Source: Acidobacteriaceae bacterium (GTDB lineage: Bacteria > Acidobacteriota > Terriglobia > Terriglobales > Acidobacteriaceae). Taken from it: a stretch of DNA of 35,521 nt. Below the pieces are notes generated by a model, which did not search any database, was not told where the DNA came from, and saw only the letters and a program-made list of their open reading frames with translations. Within the stretch, counting starts at the first letter, position 1. Each line of letters begins with the position of its first letter. The position numbers and the translations under genes are program-made. Shown piece after piece: positions 1-10,590 of the stretch. The stretch lies in the NCBI GenBank assembly GCA_035537215.1, contig DATLMQ010000026.1, positions 1 to 35,521 on the forward strand, in the 5' to 3' direction.

Positions 1-424
1 TCCCGCGCAGGGGTCGGTTCATCACGTAGTCGCCCTCCGAGCCGTACTTGCCGCGGATGTCCTGCACCACGCGGATGTAGCCGCCGTGGATGATGGTCTC
101 GGTGGCGTTGTCGTAGCCCCAGAGGCTGGCCGCGAGGTGCGTGCTGGGGGTGTTGGTGGTGAGCACGACCGCGTTGTAAGGGGTGCGGGTGAGGAGGATG
201 CCGGCCCGCTTCGCGCCTTTGGGAACGAGGATGATCGTGTGGAGCTTGACCCCGTCGCGCATGGGAATCATGACGTCGCGGCGGTCGTAGTCCATGCCCG
301 CGGTGGGCTGCTGAAAGGCTGCGGGCGTCTCGCTGGGGTAGTTGGGGTAGAGCGGAGCGTTCTGCGCACAGAGGCGGACGGTGAGCAGAGCGAGAGAGGC
401 GGTGAGACGCAGGCGGTTCAGCAT
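1..424 (-). CDS. CocE/NonD-family serine hydrolase (alpha-amino-acid ester hydrolase-like), N-terminal part; runs off window start
   Basis: Not in the ORF track; translated by hand from ATG at 424: MLNRLRLTASLALLTVRLCAQ (signal-like)...VMIPMRDGVKLHT...ILLTRTPY...GYIRVVQDIRGKYGSEG, the typical CocE/NonD N-terminal motifs; GGAG upstream. Confidence 0.88.
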   Translation of the reverse strand, partial: MLNRLRLTASLALLTVRLCAQNAPLYPNYPSETPAAFQQPTAGMDYDRRDVMIPMRDGVKLHTIILVPKGAKRAGILLTRTPYNAVVLTTNTPSTHLAASLWGYDNATETIIHGGYIRVVQDIRGKYGSEGDYVMNRPLRG

Positions 425-491
425 AGGGCTCCGTGCAGAGGCTTAGGGTAAGGCCAAGCTAGCACGGAGGGCGGCGCCACGACGGGGGAGG

Positions 492-3400
492 CTACGCTGC
501 GCCGATCTCGAGGGCGGCGAGGAGGTCGCGAGTTTCAGTGATGACGGTGTCTGCGACGCCACTGCTGAGCGACCAGCGAAGGACACCCTGCGGGGTGAGT
601 TGCGCGCCATTTTTGGCGTTGCGGCTGACGAGCTTCATCAGGGTGCCGACGTTGATGCCTTTGCCGGGCTCCGAGGGGGCGGCGTGCAGCCTTTCGCTGA
701 AGGTGACAAAGAGCATGTCGCGCATGGGCTTCATCTTGCCGGCCTGTGCGAGGGGTGTGTTGGCGGGGCGCGGTGTGGCGGCTTCGCGGACGGCGCGGGT
801 GGCATTGCTCTCGTTGCGGGTGAGGGCGGCGCGGCTGGAGAACTGCAGCGAGGCGACCTGCGGGGCCTGGCCGTGACGACCCGCCAGCGGCGGCTGCGGG
901 GTACGGGGAGCCGTACCAGCCTGCCACTGGCGCGTATAGGGCTGCGAGCCAGCGAACGGCCCAGAGACGGGGCGTGGAGCAGCCGGCCTGGTGGAGGGCG
1001 CAGGTGCGAGCTTCTTCGGCTCTTCCATGGCGACGCGCTTGCGTTCGATCTGAGCGATGCCGAGGCGCTCGCAGAGGAGGCGGATCTCGCCGACAGCGAG
1101 GAGATGGAGCACGCTTTCGGGCGGCTTGCCGTAGCGGTCCTGCAGTTCATCGCGGACCTCGGTGAGGTTGGCTTCGGAGGCAGCCCCGGCGATGCGCTTG
1201 TACATGCGGAGGCGCTGGTTTTCTTCGGCGATGTAGCTTTCGTCGATCCGCAGAGAGATGCCAAGGTTTACGGTGACCTGCGGACGATCTTCGCGGCCTT
1301 CGCCCTTGAGGCGACTGACGGCTTCCTCGAGCATCTGGGTGTAGAGCTCGAAGCCGATGGCTTCGATGTGGCCGGACTGCTCGCCGCCGAGCATGTGGCC
1401 GGCGCCGCGGAGCTCGAGGTCAAGGGCGGCGATCTTGAAGCCGGCGCCGAGGTCTGAGAATTCCTTGAGGGCGGCGAGGCGGCGGCGAGCGATCTCGGTG
1501 AGCTGCTGCTCGGGCGGGATAAGGAGGTAGGCGTAGGCGCGGCGGTTGGAGCGACCGACGCGGCCGCGGAGCTGGTAGAGCTCGGAGAGGCCGTGGCGGT
1601 CGGCGCGGTTGATGATGATGGTGTTGGCGCGCGAGATGTCCAGGCCATTTTCGATGATGCTGGTGGCGCAGAGCACGTCGTATTCGCCGTTCATGAAAGC
1701 GAGCATGACGCGCTCGAGCTCGGCTTCGGGCATCTGGCCGTGGCCGACGACGACGCGGGCGTGCGGGATGAGCTCGCGGATTTTGGCGGCCATCTCGTAG
1801 ATGGTCTCGACGCGATTGGAAACGAAGTAGGTCTGGCCGCCGCGCTCGAGCTCGACTTCGACGGCAGTGCGGATGAGCTTTTCGTCGAATTTGGCAACGA
1901 CCGTCTGGATGGCCATGCGGTCTTTGGGCGGCGTTTCGATGACGCTCATGTCGCGCAGTCCGACGAGGGACATGTGCAGGGTGCGCGGGATAGGCGTGGC
2001 GGACATCGAGAGCACGTCAATGGCGGCGCGCATCTGCTTGAGGCGTTCCTTGTGACGGACACCGAAGCGCTGCTCTTCGTCGACGACAAGCAGGCCGAGG
2101 TCCTGGAACTTGAGTCCTTGGCCGAGAAGGGCGTGGGTGCCGATGAGGATGTCGACCTTGCCGTCGGCAACGCGCTCCATGATGTCCTTCTTCTCTTTGG
2201 CGGTGCGGAAGCGCGAGAGCATCTCGACGGTGACGGGGAAGTTGGCGAAGCGGCGCTTGAAGCTTTCGAAGTGCTGGAAACAGAGGACGGTGGTGGGGGT
2301 GAGGACGGCAACCTGCTTGGAGTCCTGCACGGCCTTGAAGGCGGCGCGCATGGCTACCTCGGTTTTGCCGTAGCCGACATCGCCGCAGAGGAGGCGATCC
2401 ATGGGCTGCGTGGATTCCATGTCGCGCTTGATGTCGGCGATGGCGCTGAGCTGGTCGTCAGTCTCGTTGTAGTCGAAGGCGTCCTCGAACTCGCGCATCA
2501 TGTTGTTGTCGGGCGAGAAGGCGGTGCCGAGGGCGGCTTTGCGCTGGGCGTAGAGCTTGAGGAGCTCTTCGGCCATGTCCTCCATGGCCTTCTTGACGCG
2601 TGCCTTGGTCTTGGACCAGGCGGGGTTGCCGAGCTTGTTGAGCTGGGGGGCAGGACCGGCTTCAGTGGACCGGTACTTCTGGATGAGATCGAGGCGGGTG
2701 AGCGGGACGTAGAGCTTCGCGTCGTCGGCGAAGGTGAGGATCATCAGCTCAAGCTGCGTGCCGGCTTCGGCGTTCCCGCTGGCCGTGGTTCTTTCATCGA
2801 TGCTGCGCAGGCCGTCGTAGCGGGCGATGCCGTGCTCGACGTGGACGACGAAGTCGCCGACGGCAAGATCGCGGAGGTCCGAGACGAAAGCGGCAGTTTT
2901 GGAGCGGCGCACGGGACGGGCATGCACGTCGACGTCGTCGTTGAGGTCGTTGGCGCCGAAGAGGACAAACTGGCGGGCGGTGGCACGGTCGAGGTCCAAG
3001 ACCTGCACGCCATTGGAGAGGGCCGCGCGAACGAGCACGGGTGTGCGGAGATCGCCGGCGAGATAGCTGGACTCGGAGTACACCGTAGCCGATGCGCCCC
3101 CGTCGGCACGCCAGCCGATGCGATAAGGCACGCCGTACTCCTGGAGGAGGCCGGCGAGGCGTTCGAGTTCGCCCTGGTTGGGCGCGGCGATGAGGACGCG
3201 GGCTTCGCTGTCCATGAGGCGGCGAAGCTCGTCGACGAAGGCGGGGATGGAGCCGTGCACGCGCAGGGTGGGGCGAGTCGCGAACTCAATCTCGCTGGCG
3301 TCGCTGCGATCGCCTTCAAGGACGTCGACGGCGCCGAGTTGATCGAGCTCGCAGCCGGGGAAGGCGCGGACGCGGTCCTGGAGCTCCCAGGGAGAGAGGT

Positions 3401-4454
3401 AGAGGTCTTCGGCGCGGACGAGGGTGCCGATGCCGGCGCGCTCGTGGCGCTGCTCAACCTTGTTCCACCAGCGCTCCCCCTGGTTGAGAACCATGGCGGG
3501 CTCTTCGACGAAGATGCGGGTCTGCGGGCCCATGAGATCGAGCAGCGAGGAGCGTGCACCGGCGACGGGAGCGTAGAACTCCCAGCCGGGAAAGATCGTG
3601 GCTTCACGGCTTCTCCCGGCCACGTGGGTCTGCAGCTCGGCAGGGGTCTCGCCGCCTTCGAGAGCGGCGCCGGCGGCCGTGCCACTGCGGGTGAGTCGCG
3701 CGTTGATGGCCTCGAGCAGGGCTTCGGTGGCAGGGGTTTCAGTCAGCGGAAGAAGGAGGATCTCTTCGACAGCGTTTGAGGAACGCTGGGTTTCGGGATC
3801 GAAGCGGCGGATGGACTCGATCTCGTCACCGAAGAAGTCGATGCGGACGGGGCGTTCCATCTCCGGGCCGTAGACGTCTAGGATGCCGCCGCGAATGGTG
3901 ACCTGGCCGGGCATGTCGACGACCTCGACTCGGGTATAGCCGACGGAGACGAGGTGATCCACGAGCATCTCGGGGATGTGCTCTTCGCCGCGACGGAGGC
4001 TGAGGGCGAGGGCAGCGTAGTGGTCGCGGCCGAAGAGGCGCATGCAGGCGGCTTCGACGGGGGCGATCACCAGCCGGCCCTGGCCGCTGGCGATCTTCCA
4101 GAGCGTGGCGGCGCGCCCCTCCTGTATTTCGGAGTGCGGAGAGAGATTTTCAAAGGGGAGAACGTCATGGGCGGGGAGGCGGAGGACCTCCTCACGGCGG
4201 AGAGCTCCGGTGAGGTCGCAGGCGGCGAGCACGGTGGCGTGCAGGGCTTCGGCGGCCTTGTTATCGGCGACGAGGACGAGTGCGGGCGCCTCGGCAGAGC
4301 GCGTGAAATAGGGCAGGTAGAGGGCGCGGGCGGTGGAGGTGAGTCCAGATACACGTCTCCGCCCCGTGCCGCTCGCGAGGTGGCGGCGCACACGCTCAAA
4401 GGATGGGGAGCGTTCCAGGTCCGCGATCAGCTCGCGGACGAAGGGGAGGATCAT
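492..4454 (-). CDS. mfd: Transcription-repair coupling factor
   Basis: UvrB-homology region ([19 protein letters not shown]), RID ([11 protein letters not shown]), Walker [35 protein letters not shown] motif DLELRGAG, C-terminal TRCF domain. Confidence 0.98.
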   Translation of the reverse strand: MILPFVRELIADLERSPSFERVRRHLASGTGRRRVSGLTSTARALYLPYFTRSAEAPALVLVADNKAAEALHATVLAACDLTGALRREEVLRLPAHDVLPFENLSPHSEIQEGRAATLWKIASGQGRLVIAPVEAACMRLFGRDHYAALALSLRRGEEHIPEMLVDHLVSVGYTRVEVVDMPGQVTIRGGILDVYGPEMERPVRIDFFGDEIESIRRFDPETQRSSNAVEEILLLPLTETPATEALLEAINARLTRSGTAAGAALEGGETPAELQTHVAGRSREATIFPGWEFYAPVAGARSSLLDLMGPQTRIFVEEPAMVLNQGERWWNKVEQRHERAGIGTLVRAEDLYLSPWELQDRVRAFPGCELDQLGAVDVLEGDRSDASEIEFATRPTLRVHGSIPAFVDELRRLMDSEARVLIAAPNQGELERLAGLLQEYGVPYRIGWRADGGASATVYSESSYLAGDLRTPVLVRAALSNGVQVLDLDRATARQFVLFGANDLNDDVDVHARPVRRSKTAAFVSDLRDLAVGDFVVHVEHGIARYDGLRSIDERTTASGNAEAGTQLELMILTFADDAKLYVPLTRLDLIQKYRSTEAGPAPQLNKLGNPAWSKTKARVKKAMEDMAEELLKLYAQRKAALGTAFSPDNNMMREFEDAFDYNETDDQLSAIADIKRDMESTQPMDRLLCGDVGYGKTEVAMRAAFKAVQDSKQVAVLTPTTVLCFQHFESFKRRFANFPVTVEMLSRFRTAKEKKDIMERVADGKVDILIGTHALLGQGLKFQDLGLLVVDEEQRFGVRHKERLKQMRAAIDVLSMSATPIPRTLHMSLVGLRDMSVIETPPKDRMAIQTVVAKFDEKLIRTAVEVELERGGQTYFVSNRVETIYEMAAKIRELIPHARVVVGHGQMPEAELERVMLAFMNGEYDVLCATSIIENGLDISRANTIIINRADRHGLSELYQLRGRVGRSNRRAYAYLLIPPEQQLTEIARRRLAALKEFSDLGAGFKIAALDLELRGAGHMLGGEQSGHIEAIGFELYTQMLEEAVSRLKGEGREDRPQVTVNLGISLRIDESYIAEENQRLRMYKRIAGAASEANLTEVRDELQDRYGKPPESVLHLLAVGEIRLLCERLGIAQIERKRVAMEEPKKLAPAPSTRPAAPRPVSGPFAGSQPYTRQWQAGTAPRTPQPPLAGRHGQAPQVASLQFSSRAALTRNESNATRAVREAATPRPANTPLAQAGKMKPMRDMLFVTFSERLHAAPSEPGKGINVGTLMKLVSRNAKNGAQLTPQGVLRWSLSSGVADTVITETRDLLAALEIGAA

Positions 4455-4487
4455 GCAGATCTCAGTCTATCAATCCGGGGCCGTCGC

Positions 4488-5420
4488 TCAGGCCTTCTGC
4501 TCTTCGCCTTCGAGAGGCAGTTCTTTTTGGGCCAGAATTGCCTGCCCGTATTCCAGCAGGGTGACCATCACTACGCCACCGCAAACGTTACCGGCCACGG
4601 CCAGCAAGAGCCAGTAGAGGTACGAGCCCAAAGCGAGCTGGCCGGCGAGGACGGCGCTGAGGATCTCGCCCGAGGTGGCGATGCAGTGAGCGAAGTTGCC
4701 GAGGCCAACGACGAAGGTGAGCAGCCAGAGAAGGATGACCGAACCGGTGATGGAGTGCGAGCCGGAGACCAGCCAGGCGGCGGTGGCGATGATCCAGCCG
4801 GCGGTGACGGCGCTCCAGAAGACGGCGCTCGGGGAGGCATGGGCTGCGGTGAGCCCCAGGTCTATGAGCGCATGCTGGGTCTCGGGATGCAGGGCGTCGG
4901 TTCGGATAGCCAGAGCAGCGAAGGCCAGGGCACCGAGGACATTGGCCGGGAGCACGGTACACCAGAGGCGGGCGGTGTTCAGGAACTCCCGCTTTTCGGC
5001 GAGGACAAGTGCTACGGGATAGAGGGTGTTCTCGGTAAAGAGCTGCGCGCGGCCGATGATCACGACGATGAAGCCGATGGGGTAGAACATCATCGCAATG
5101 AAGTGCGTGAGTGGCGTTTTACCGAAGATGCCCAGGGTGATGGCGGTGCCGAGCGCGGAGAGACCCATGAAGATGCCGCCGGCGAACCCGGAGATGGCGA
5201 GTGAGGTGGTGGACCGCTTCAACTCGGTCCTGGCGTTTTCGGCGACCTGCTGGTAGATGTCCTCGGCGCTGGGGCGCTCGAGGTTCTTCTGATGCGATGC
5301 GGCATCGCCGCCCTCCCCCTGACCGGCCTGCTTAGTGTCCTGCGCGTCGTTACCGCTCTCCGAGCGACGGGCGTCGGCTGCTTGCGTTTCCTGGGTCGCG
5401 GTGGTGCCGTCGTCGGCCAT
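4488..5420 (-). CDS. Formate/nitrite transporter (FNT) family channel, YfdC-like
   Basis: About 6 hydrophobic segments, LFTENT, ANVLGA, FAHCIA, GNVCGG motifs; start moved to ATG at 5420 (MADDG), which has CAGGAG upstream, rather than the ORF-track start that overlaps gatB. Confidence 0.88.
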   Translation of the reverse strand: MADDGTTATQETQAADARRSESGNDAQDTKQAGQGEGGDAASHQKNLERPSAEDIYQQVAENARTELKRSTTSLAISGFAGGIFMGLSALGTAITLGIFGKTPLTHFIAMMFYPIGFIVVIIGRAQLFTENTLYPVALVLAEKREFLNTARLWCTVLPANVLGALAFAALAIRTDALHPETQHALIDLGLTAAHASPSAVFWSAVTAGWIIATAAWLVSGSHSITGSVILLWLLTFVVGLGNFAHCIATSGEILSAVLAGQLALGSYLYWLLLAVAGNVCGGVVMVTLLEYGQAILAQKELPLEGEEQKA

Positions 5421-5480
5421 GGGTGCGCTCTCCTGAACTGCCCGTATGAGATGCGGTGGCCCGGCAGACGCGTAGCAGCT

Positions 5481-5489
5481 TGCTAAAAT
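5481..5489 (+). promoter_or_regulatory. Extended -10 element (TG-C-TAAAAT) for gatB, probably leaderless or near-leaderless
   Basis: TGCTAAAAT lies 8 nt before ATG at 5498 with no Shine-Dalgarno between. Confidence 0.5.
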
Positions 5490-5497
5490 CGGGCCAT

Positions 5498-6976
5498 ATG
5501 CCCGTACTCGCCGGACTTTCGCCAGAGGTCCTCGCCAAATACCAGCCCGTGATCGGGCTTGAGGTCCACGTACAGCTGCTGACGCAGACCAAAGCGTTCT
5601 GCGGCTGCAAGAACGAATACGGCGGCGACCCGAATACACATGTCTGCCCGGTGTGCCTGGGGCTGCCGGGCGCGCTGCCGGTGCTGAACCGGCAGGCCGT
5701 AGAGTTTGCGACCCTCGCGGCGAAGGCGCTGGGCTGCACGATCAACCAGCGCAGCATCTTCGCGCGCAAGAACTACTTCTACCCGGACTCACCGAAGGGC
5801 TACCAGATCTCGCAGTTCGACAGACCGCTCGCGGAGCACGGCGCGATGATCGTTCCGGACGCGAATGGCGAACCGAAGCGCATCGGCATCACGCGACTGC
5901 ACATGGAAGAGGATGCGGGCAAGAGCCTGCACGACGGCTTCGCGGACTCCGCTGCGCGCACCTATATCGACCTGAATCGCTGCGGAACGCCGCTGGTCGA
6001 GATCGTTTCGGAGCCCGACCTCCGCACGCCGGACGAGGCGTTCGAGTACCTGACACGGCTCAAGGAAATCCTGCTCTACACGGGCGTAAGTGACTGCAAC
6101 ATGGAAGAGGGCTCGCTGCGTTGCGACGCCAACGTCAGCGTGATGCTGAAAACGGATACCAAGTTCGGCACCAAGGCCGAGGTGAAGAACGTCAACAGCT
6201 TTCGCTACATCCGCGCCGCCCTGGAGTACGAGATCGAGCGGCAGATCGGTGTTCTGGAAGAGGGGGGGCGCGTGGTGCAGGAGTCGCGGCTGTGGAACAA
6301 CGCCGAGGGCCGCACGTTTTCCATGCGCAGCAAGGAGCAGGCGCACGACTACCGCTACTTCCCTGAGCCGGATCTTCCGCCATTGGTAGTGGGCGAGGAG
6401 TGGCTTCGCGACATCCTTGCCGAGATGCCGGAGCTCCCGGAAGCCCGGCGCGCGAGGATGATTGCGGAGTACGGGCTGAGCGCGCAGGATGCCGCAACGC
6501 TCGCCGCCGAACGCTCGTTTGCCGACCGGTTCGAGGGGGCGGCAAAGCGTGCGAAGTCACCCCGCAGGGTGGCTGCCATCTTGTTAAGCGAGATCACGAT
6601 GCGGCTGCGGGCGGCCGGCATCGAGTTCGAAAAGTCGCCCGTCACGCTCGATGGCGTGGTGCTCGCTGCCGACCTCGCGGAGGCTGGGGAGATCAGCTCG
6701 AAGCAGCTGAAGCAGCTGCTGGATACGTGCTTCACGGAAGGCCGCGACTTCGCCTATGTCTACGATCGCGACAAGCCGCAGCAGATCACCGACAGCTCGG
6801 CGATTGAGAAGATGATCGATGAGGTAATCGCCGCGAATCCGAAACAGGTGGAGCAGTTCAAGGGAGGCAAGCGCACCGTCTCGGCGTTCTTTGTCGGGCA
6901 GGTAATGAAGCTTTCTAAAGGGCAAGCCAACCCTGCTCTGCTGAACGAGCTGGTGGGGAAGAAGCTGGACGCCTAA
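5498..6976 (+). CDS. gatB: Asp-tRNA(Asn)/Glu-tRNA(Gln) amidotransferase subunit B
   Basis: VIGLEVHVQL, CPVCLGLPGALP, RKNYFYPD, HMEEDAGK, EGSLRCDANVS, DYRYFPEPDL, C-terminal YqeY-like domain; start placed at ATG 5498. Confidence 0.97.
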   Translation: MPVLAGLSPEVLAKYQPVIGLEVHVQLLTQTKAFCGCKNEYGGDPNTHVCPVCLGLPGALPVLNRQAVEFATLAAKALGCTINQRSIFARKNYFYPDSPKGYQISQFDRPLAEHGAMIVPDANGEPKRIGITRLHMEEDAGKSLHDGFADSAARTYIDLNRCGTPLVEIVSEPDLRTPDEAFEYLTRLKEILLYTGVSDCNMEEGSLRCDANVSVMLKTDTKFGTKAEVKNVNSFRYIRAALEYEIERQIGVLEEGGRVVQESRLWNNAEGRTFSMRSKEQAHDYRYFPEPDLPPLVVGEEWLRDILAEMPELPEARRARMIAEYGLSAQDAATLAAERSFADRFEGAAKRAKSPRRVAAILLSEITMRLRAAGIEFEKSPVTLDGVVLAADLAEAGEISSKQLKQLLDTCFTEGRDFAYVYDRDKPQQITDSSAIEKMIDEVIAANPKQVEQFKGGKRTVSAFFVGQVMKLSKGQANPALLNELVGKKLDA

Positions 6977-6978
6977 CC

Positions 6979-8544
6979 TTGCCGCGTGGCATGAAGCATT
7001 GCCGAGAAGACGCGTGTAAGCTCCTCCCGCGATTCGGAAGCAGATCCGTGCTGCTGTGTGCGGCGCTGTTGGTTTTCGGCTGCCGAGGAGGTCGCCAATT
7101 GCCCGAATCACCGATGCCTGCGAATACTGTCCTGCTGTCGACGATGATGCGGGAATTGTCCGCGAAGCCGGGCTTCACGGCGGCGCTGCTTCAGCAGCTT
7201 GGGGGCGCATCGCGGGAAGAGAAGAAGGGCCCCGCACTGCTGACACCGAGGCTGGTGGACGAGCTTCGCAAGCGGATTCTCGGTGAAGACTGGAAAGGGC
7301 TGGACCGGTTTCCGGGCTGGACCATGCGGCAGATCAATCCGGCGGTGAGTGTGGCGGGTCGGGTGGCGGGCAAAGCTGAGGTAAATACGAGCGGAGCCGC
7401 GCGTGGGGCGAAGGGGTGGGGCTCTCAGCTGCAGAGATTCCTCGATGTTGGATCCTACCCGCTGGATCGTGAGCAGGTGATCTCCCTGGACGAACCTTCG
7501 CACCTTCCGGGATTCAGCACGGATGGAATCATCACGCCTATGGGCCACGAGGTAGCGCGAGGGGATGGGCCGAACAGTCTCGCGCCGGAGCACGCGGAGA
7601 GCCAGCGGCTCGCAGATGCGCTGAATCGCCTGGCGGCAAATGCGCTGAATAGCACGGCGCCCTTCGCGGTGACGATCGGCGGCCATCCCTCGTTGACGCC
7701 GGAGGGGCTTGTGAAGGCGCTGGTGGCCACCGGACATCAGGTAACCGTAATCGACGCACGCTACTTCGCGAACTTCGGCCACCTGCACTACAAGGGGCAG
7801 GACGTGATGATGCCCTTCTGGGTGAACACACGATTTGCTGTGCCCGGCACTGGCTTCCTGGGCTTCGGCGCGCGGCCGCTGCTGCTTCCTGTGTCACACG
7901 CCGAGTACGAGTGGAGCATCCGTGGGCCGCACATCAACGCGGATATCACCTACTATTTCGGAATCGATGGCAAAAGCGAGTGGCGCACGATGGACACCCT
8001 TGATCAGGCGTGGGTGCTGAAACGGGCTGCACATACCTACACCGGCGAAAAGGCTATCGAGGTGACGCGGCTGGCAGGACTGATCACTGTGGCTTATATG
8101 CACCAGCACGCGCGCCGACCCAGTCTGCCCTTCGGCGGCTACTACGCCCTCGGGGTGTGCCAGGACGGCGTCTCTGCCATCGAGCGGCGCATGACCGGAA
8201 GCGTCACTCTATTCCCGAACACAGCCGATACGGCTCTCTTCGATGATGAGCGCGATGCGGAGGTCAACGCGATGATGCGTGCGATCCCGAAGGATCGTGG
8301 CGGTGCTCCTCCTGAAGGTGAGCGTATCTTCGGATCCTTGCCGGCTGCTCCGGATACTCAGGGGCGCTTCGCCGCAATCTCAATTCCGGGGCTCGCTGCC
8401 GATCTGAATGTGAGTTATGCCGCCTGGAAAAGCGGCCGCTTACACCGCATACACCATGGCCTTCTGTATCTCGCAGCGGTTGCGGTAGGGATGGCGGGTG
8501 CGATTGCGACGATCGCTCTGGCACGACGCCGAGCAAAGCGCTGA
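6979..8544 (+). CDS. Hypothetical exported/membrane-anchored protein (start uncertain)
   Basis: 521-aa ORF directly after gatB; hydrophobic stretch ending LVFGC (lipobox-like) near the N-terminus; C-terminal TM helix followed by RRRAKR. Confidence 0.7.
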   Translation: MPRGMKHCREDACKLLPRFGSRSVLLCAALLVFGCRGGRQLPESPMPANTVLLSTMMRELSAKPGFTAALLQQLGGASREEKKGPALLTPRLVDELRKRILGEDWKGLDRFPGWTMRQINPAVSVAGRVAGKAEVNTSGAARGAKGWGSQLQRFLDVGSYPLDREQVISLDEPSHLPGFSTDGIITPMGHEVARGDGPNSLAPEHAESQRLADALNRLAANALNSTAPFAVTIGGHPSLTPEGLVKALVATGHQVTVIDARYFANFGHLHYKGQDVMMPFWVNTRFAVPGTGFLGFGARPLLLPVSHAEYEWSIRGPHINADITYYFGIDGKSEWRTMDTLDQAWVLKRAAHTYTGEKAIEVTRLAGLITVAYMHQHARRPSLPFGGYYALGVCQDGVSAIERRMTGSVTLFPNTADTALFDDERDAEVNAMMRAIPKDRGGAPPEGERIFGSLPAAPDTQGRFAAISIPGLAADLNVSYAAWKSGRLHRIHHGLLYLAAVAVGMAGAIATIALARRRAKR

Positions 8545-8651
8545 GGCCCACCACACTCGCCCACGCATGGTCCATCCCGTCGCTTGAGCGGTACGGGAAT
8601 GCAACGAAGTTGGTGCAAGGAGGCTCCAACTTCACGAGAGGTAGTACCCAC

Positions 8652-9083
8652 ATGGCGACGAAGAAAGCAAGCAGCAAGAAGTCAGCGGACAGCAAGACAG
8701 TAGGCAAGAAGTCCGCCAGCAAGAAGTCGGCGGGCAAAAAAGGTGTGGGGCGTAACGCCCCTGCGAAGAAGACGGTTGCCAAGAAGTCCAGCGGCGCCAC
8801 ATCGGCGACGAAGAAATCGTCTACCAAGTCTTCTGCGAAGAAGAGCTCCAGTAAAAAGTCTCCGGCGAAGTCGTCTGCGAAGAAGAGCTCTTCGGGACGC
8901 AAGTACGATCCGAGGGCAGGCAAGCAGGTCGAACGCGAGATGCGTGAGATGAATCATGGAAAGCTGAAGAGCGGACGCAGTGGTAAGAAGGTCACGAACC
9001 CCAAGCAGGCCATCGCCATCGCGCTTTCAGAAGCAAGGCGTAAGGGCGAGAAGGTTCCGCCGAATCCGAACAGAAAGAAGTAG
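8652..9083 (+). CDS. Lys/Ser/Ala-rich histone H1-like protein with C-terminal DUF6496-type domain
   Basis: MATKKASSKK... repeated KKS/AKK units, then GKLKSGRSGKKVTNPKQAIAIALSEARRKG; GAGAGG upstream of ATG 8652. Confidence 0.8.
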   Translation: MATKKASSKKSADSKTVGKKSASKKSAGKKGVGRNAPAKKTVAKKSSGATSATKKSSTKSSAKKSSSKKSPAKSSAKKSSSGRKYDPRAGKQVEREMREMNHGKLKSGRSGKKVTNPKQAIAIALSEARRKGEKVPPNPNRKK

Positions 9084-9173
9084 GGCGAGGACACTGAAGT
9101 GAGGTCGGCCCTTTGGCAAGGAGACGGCCACACCTTGGAGAACCGTTACTCGGATAAATGCAAGCGATCGGGA

Positions 9174-10550
9174 CTAGCCACCCGTCCCGGCCTGTGCCAC
9201 TTCGATCCGGCGCACAGGCTCCAGGTAGCTGCGATAGACGCTGATGTGGAAGCAGGCCTGCTGGAACTCCTCTTCCACATCGATCGATCCCGTCTGCATC
9301 AGGGGCAACAGGTAGGCGCGCATCCACGCAATCTCCGCCACGCTCATGCCACGCTTGCCGAAGTCGATCGCCTGTCCTGTCAGGTGCGGTGATGCCGTCT
9401 CGCCTGTAATCGCCGCGGCGTTTCCGTTTACGCGCTGCAGCCGAAGCTGGTAGGAGATGGTGCGTACCGCGGAGTTGAGCTCCAGCGGTTCTCCAAAATG
9501 GGCATAGTAAGCGCGCCCGATATCGGCAGCGAAATGCGCTGTCCAGGGCCGTGCATAGCGGCGAATCTCGGGCAGCTCCGGATTGACGTGCAGGCTCGCG
9601 CTGTCGGCAAGCAGCACCAGCCTTCGCGTCGCACGAAGCTGATCGAGCTCATCGTCATCGTGAATTCGCTCCAGCCCCGCAGCATCGGCCATCTGGTTCT
9701 GATGGACGAGAACTTCGCGCGAGCCGCGCAGTGGTGGCGGCACCACGAGATGACCGGTCCGGGTGTACAGGGGAAGAACGCGGGGCTGAACAGCTTCCTC
9801 AGCCAGTTCGCGTGCTGAAGGCGCCGGCGCCAGCTTGGCAAGGAGGGCGCCCGCCGCCGGAGCAGGGGGCGGCAACATGGTGCCCTCCGCCCCGATCTGT
9901 GGCCCTGCGGTTACGGCGCTCGGCGGCAGAAGCACATCTGCGCGTGCGTGTGCCTCTGTGGGGGAAGGCGAGGTTTGCCTTGCCGCATTCACCGGGCCGC
10001 GGACCAGCCGCTCCTCGTCGCCCGGATGCGCTTCGCCGGATGCATACGGAAGGCGCTGCGAGGCAGGGCTGGAAGCACTCAGGGCCCGGGTCGCCGAATC
10101 GGAGCGGGAGGCGTGCCGCTTCCAACGGGCAGCCCTCAGGCGGACACGACCGCGTCCATAACGCCTTGTAGTTTGTTCGGCGGAGACCACGGGCCGGGAA
10201 CGCCGGCTGGATCGCACACCACTGGAACTTGCTCGGCGAAGCGGTGCCGAGATCGCATCAGCCCCGCGTGCTCGCTTCGGCCTTCCAGAGCTGCGGTTGG
10301 TATCTGGTGAGCCCTGTGCACGTCGAGCTCCGCGTCGCCCGACTGCCGTGCTGCTTCGACGCGCGTCGACCGGGTACGCTACGGACGCGACTCTGTGCGG
10401 GTGAGGTTCACGCGTGGCGGCATGCACCTGCTGACCAGGGTCCGTAGCAAGCAGGAGAGCAAGGCAGAGCGCAGCCGTCAGGAATCTGAGCGTGGAGCGG
10501 AGAGGCAGGTCGCCGCTCTCCTGCGGAGGCCTGGAGGGTTTGATCAACAT
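9174..10550 (-). CDS. Exported protein with C-terminal Hedgehog/DD-peptidase (M15-like, DUF5715-type) Zn domain
   Basis: N-terminal hydrophobic segment, long Arg/Ser/Pro-rich linker, then LNSAVRT..YQ, SPHLTGQAIDF (SxHxxGxAxD) and CFHISV. Confidence 0.75.
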   Translation of the reverse strand: MLIKPSRPPQESGDLPLRSTLRFLTAALCLALLLATDPGQQVHAATREPHPHRVASVAYPVDARRSSTAVGRRGARRAQGSPDTNRSSGRPKRARGADAISAPLRRASSSGVRSSRRSRPVVSAEQTTRRYGRGRVRLRAARWKRHASRSDSATRALSASSPASQRLPYASGEAHPGDEERLVRGPVNAARQTSPSPTEAHARADVLLPPSAVTAGPQIGAEGTMLPPPAPAAGALLAKLAPAPSARELAEEAVQPRVLPLYTRTGHLVVPPPLRGSREVLVHQNQMADAAGLERIHDDDELDQLRATRRLVLLADSASLHVNPELPEIRRYARPWTAHFAADIGRAYYAHFGEPLELNSAVRTISYQLRLQRVNGNAAAITGETASPHLTGQAIDFGKRGMSVAEIAWMRAYLLPLMQTGSIDVEEEFQQACFHISVYRSYLEPVRRIEVAQAGTGG

Positions 10551-10590
10551 GGGGCCGGTTTTTGGGGTCGCAGAGTACCGCTGAGCCTCT

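Noticed and set aside
86-451. 121-aa plus-strand ORF
   Set aside because: Antisense to the CocE/NonD hydrolase gene, which has clear family motifs
1593-3779. 728-aa plus-strand ORF and other long antisense ORFs (600..1457, 3954..5204, 24408..25673, 26486..27991, 32984..34135)
   Set aside because: Shadow frames of well-supported genes, expected in high-GC DNA; no recognisable motifs
8660-8895. Short AAGAAG-rich repeats as a CRISPR or DNA repeat array
   Set aside because: Irregular codon-level repeats encoding Lys-Lys-Ser; no constant repeat-spacer period; no CRISPR array seen anywhere in the window
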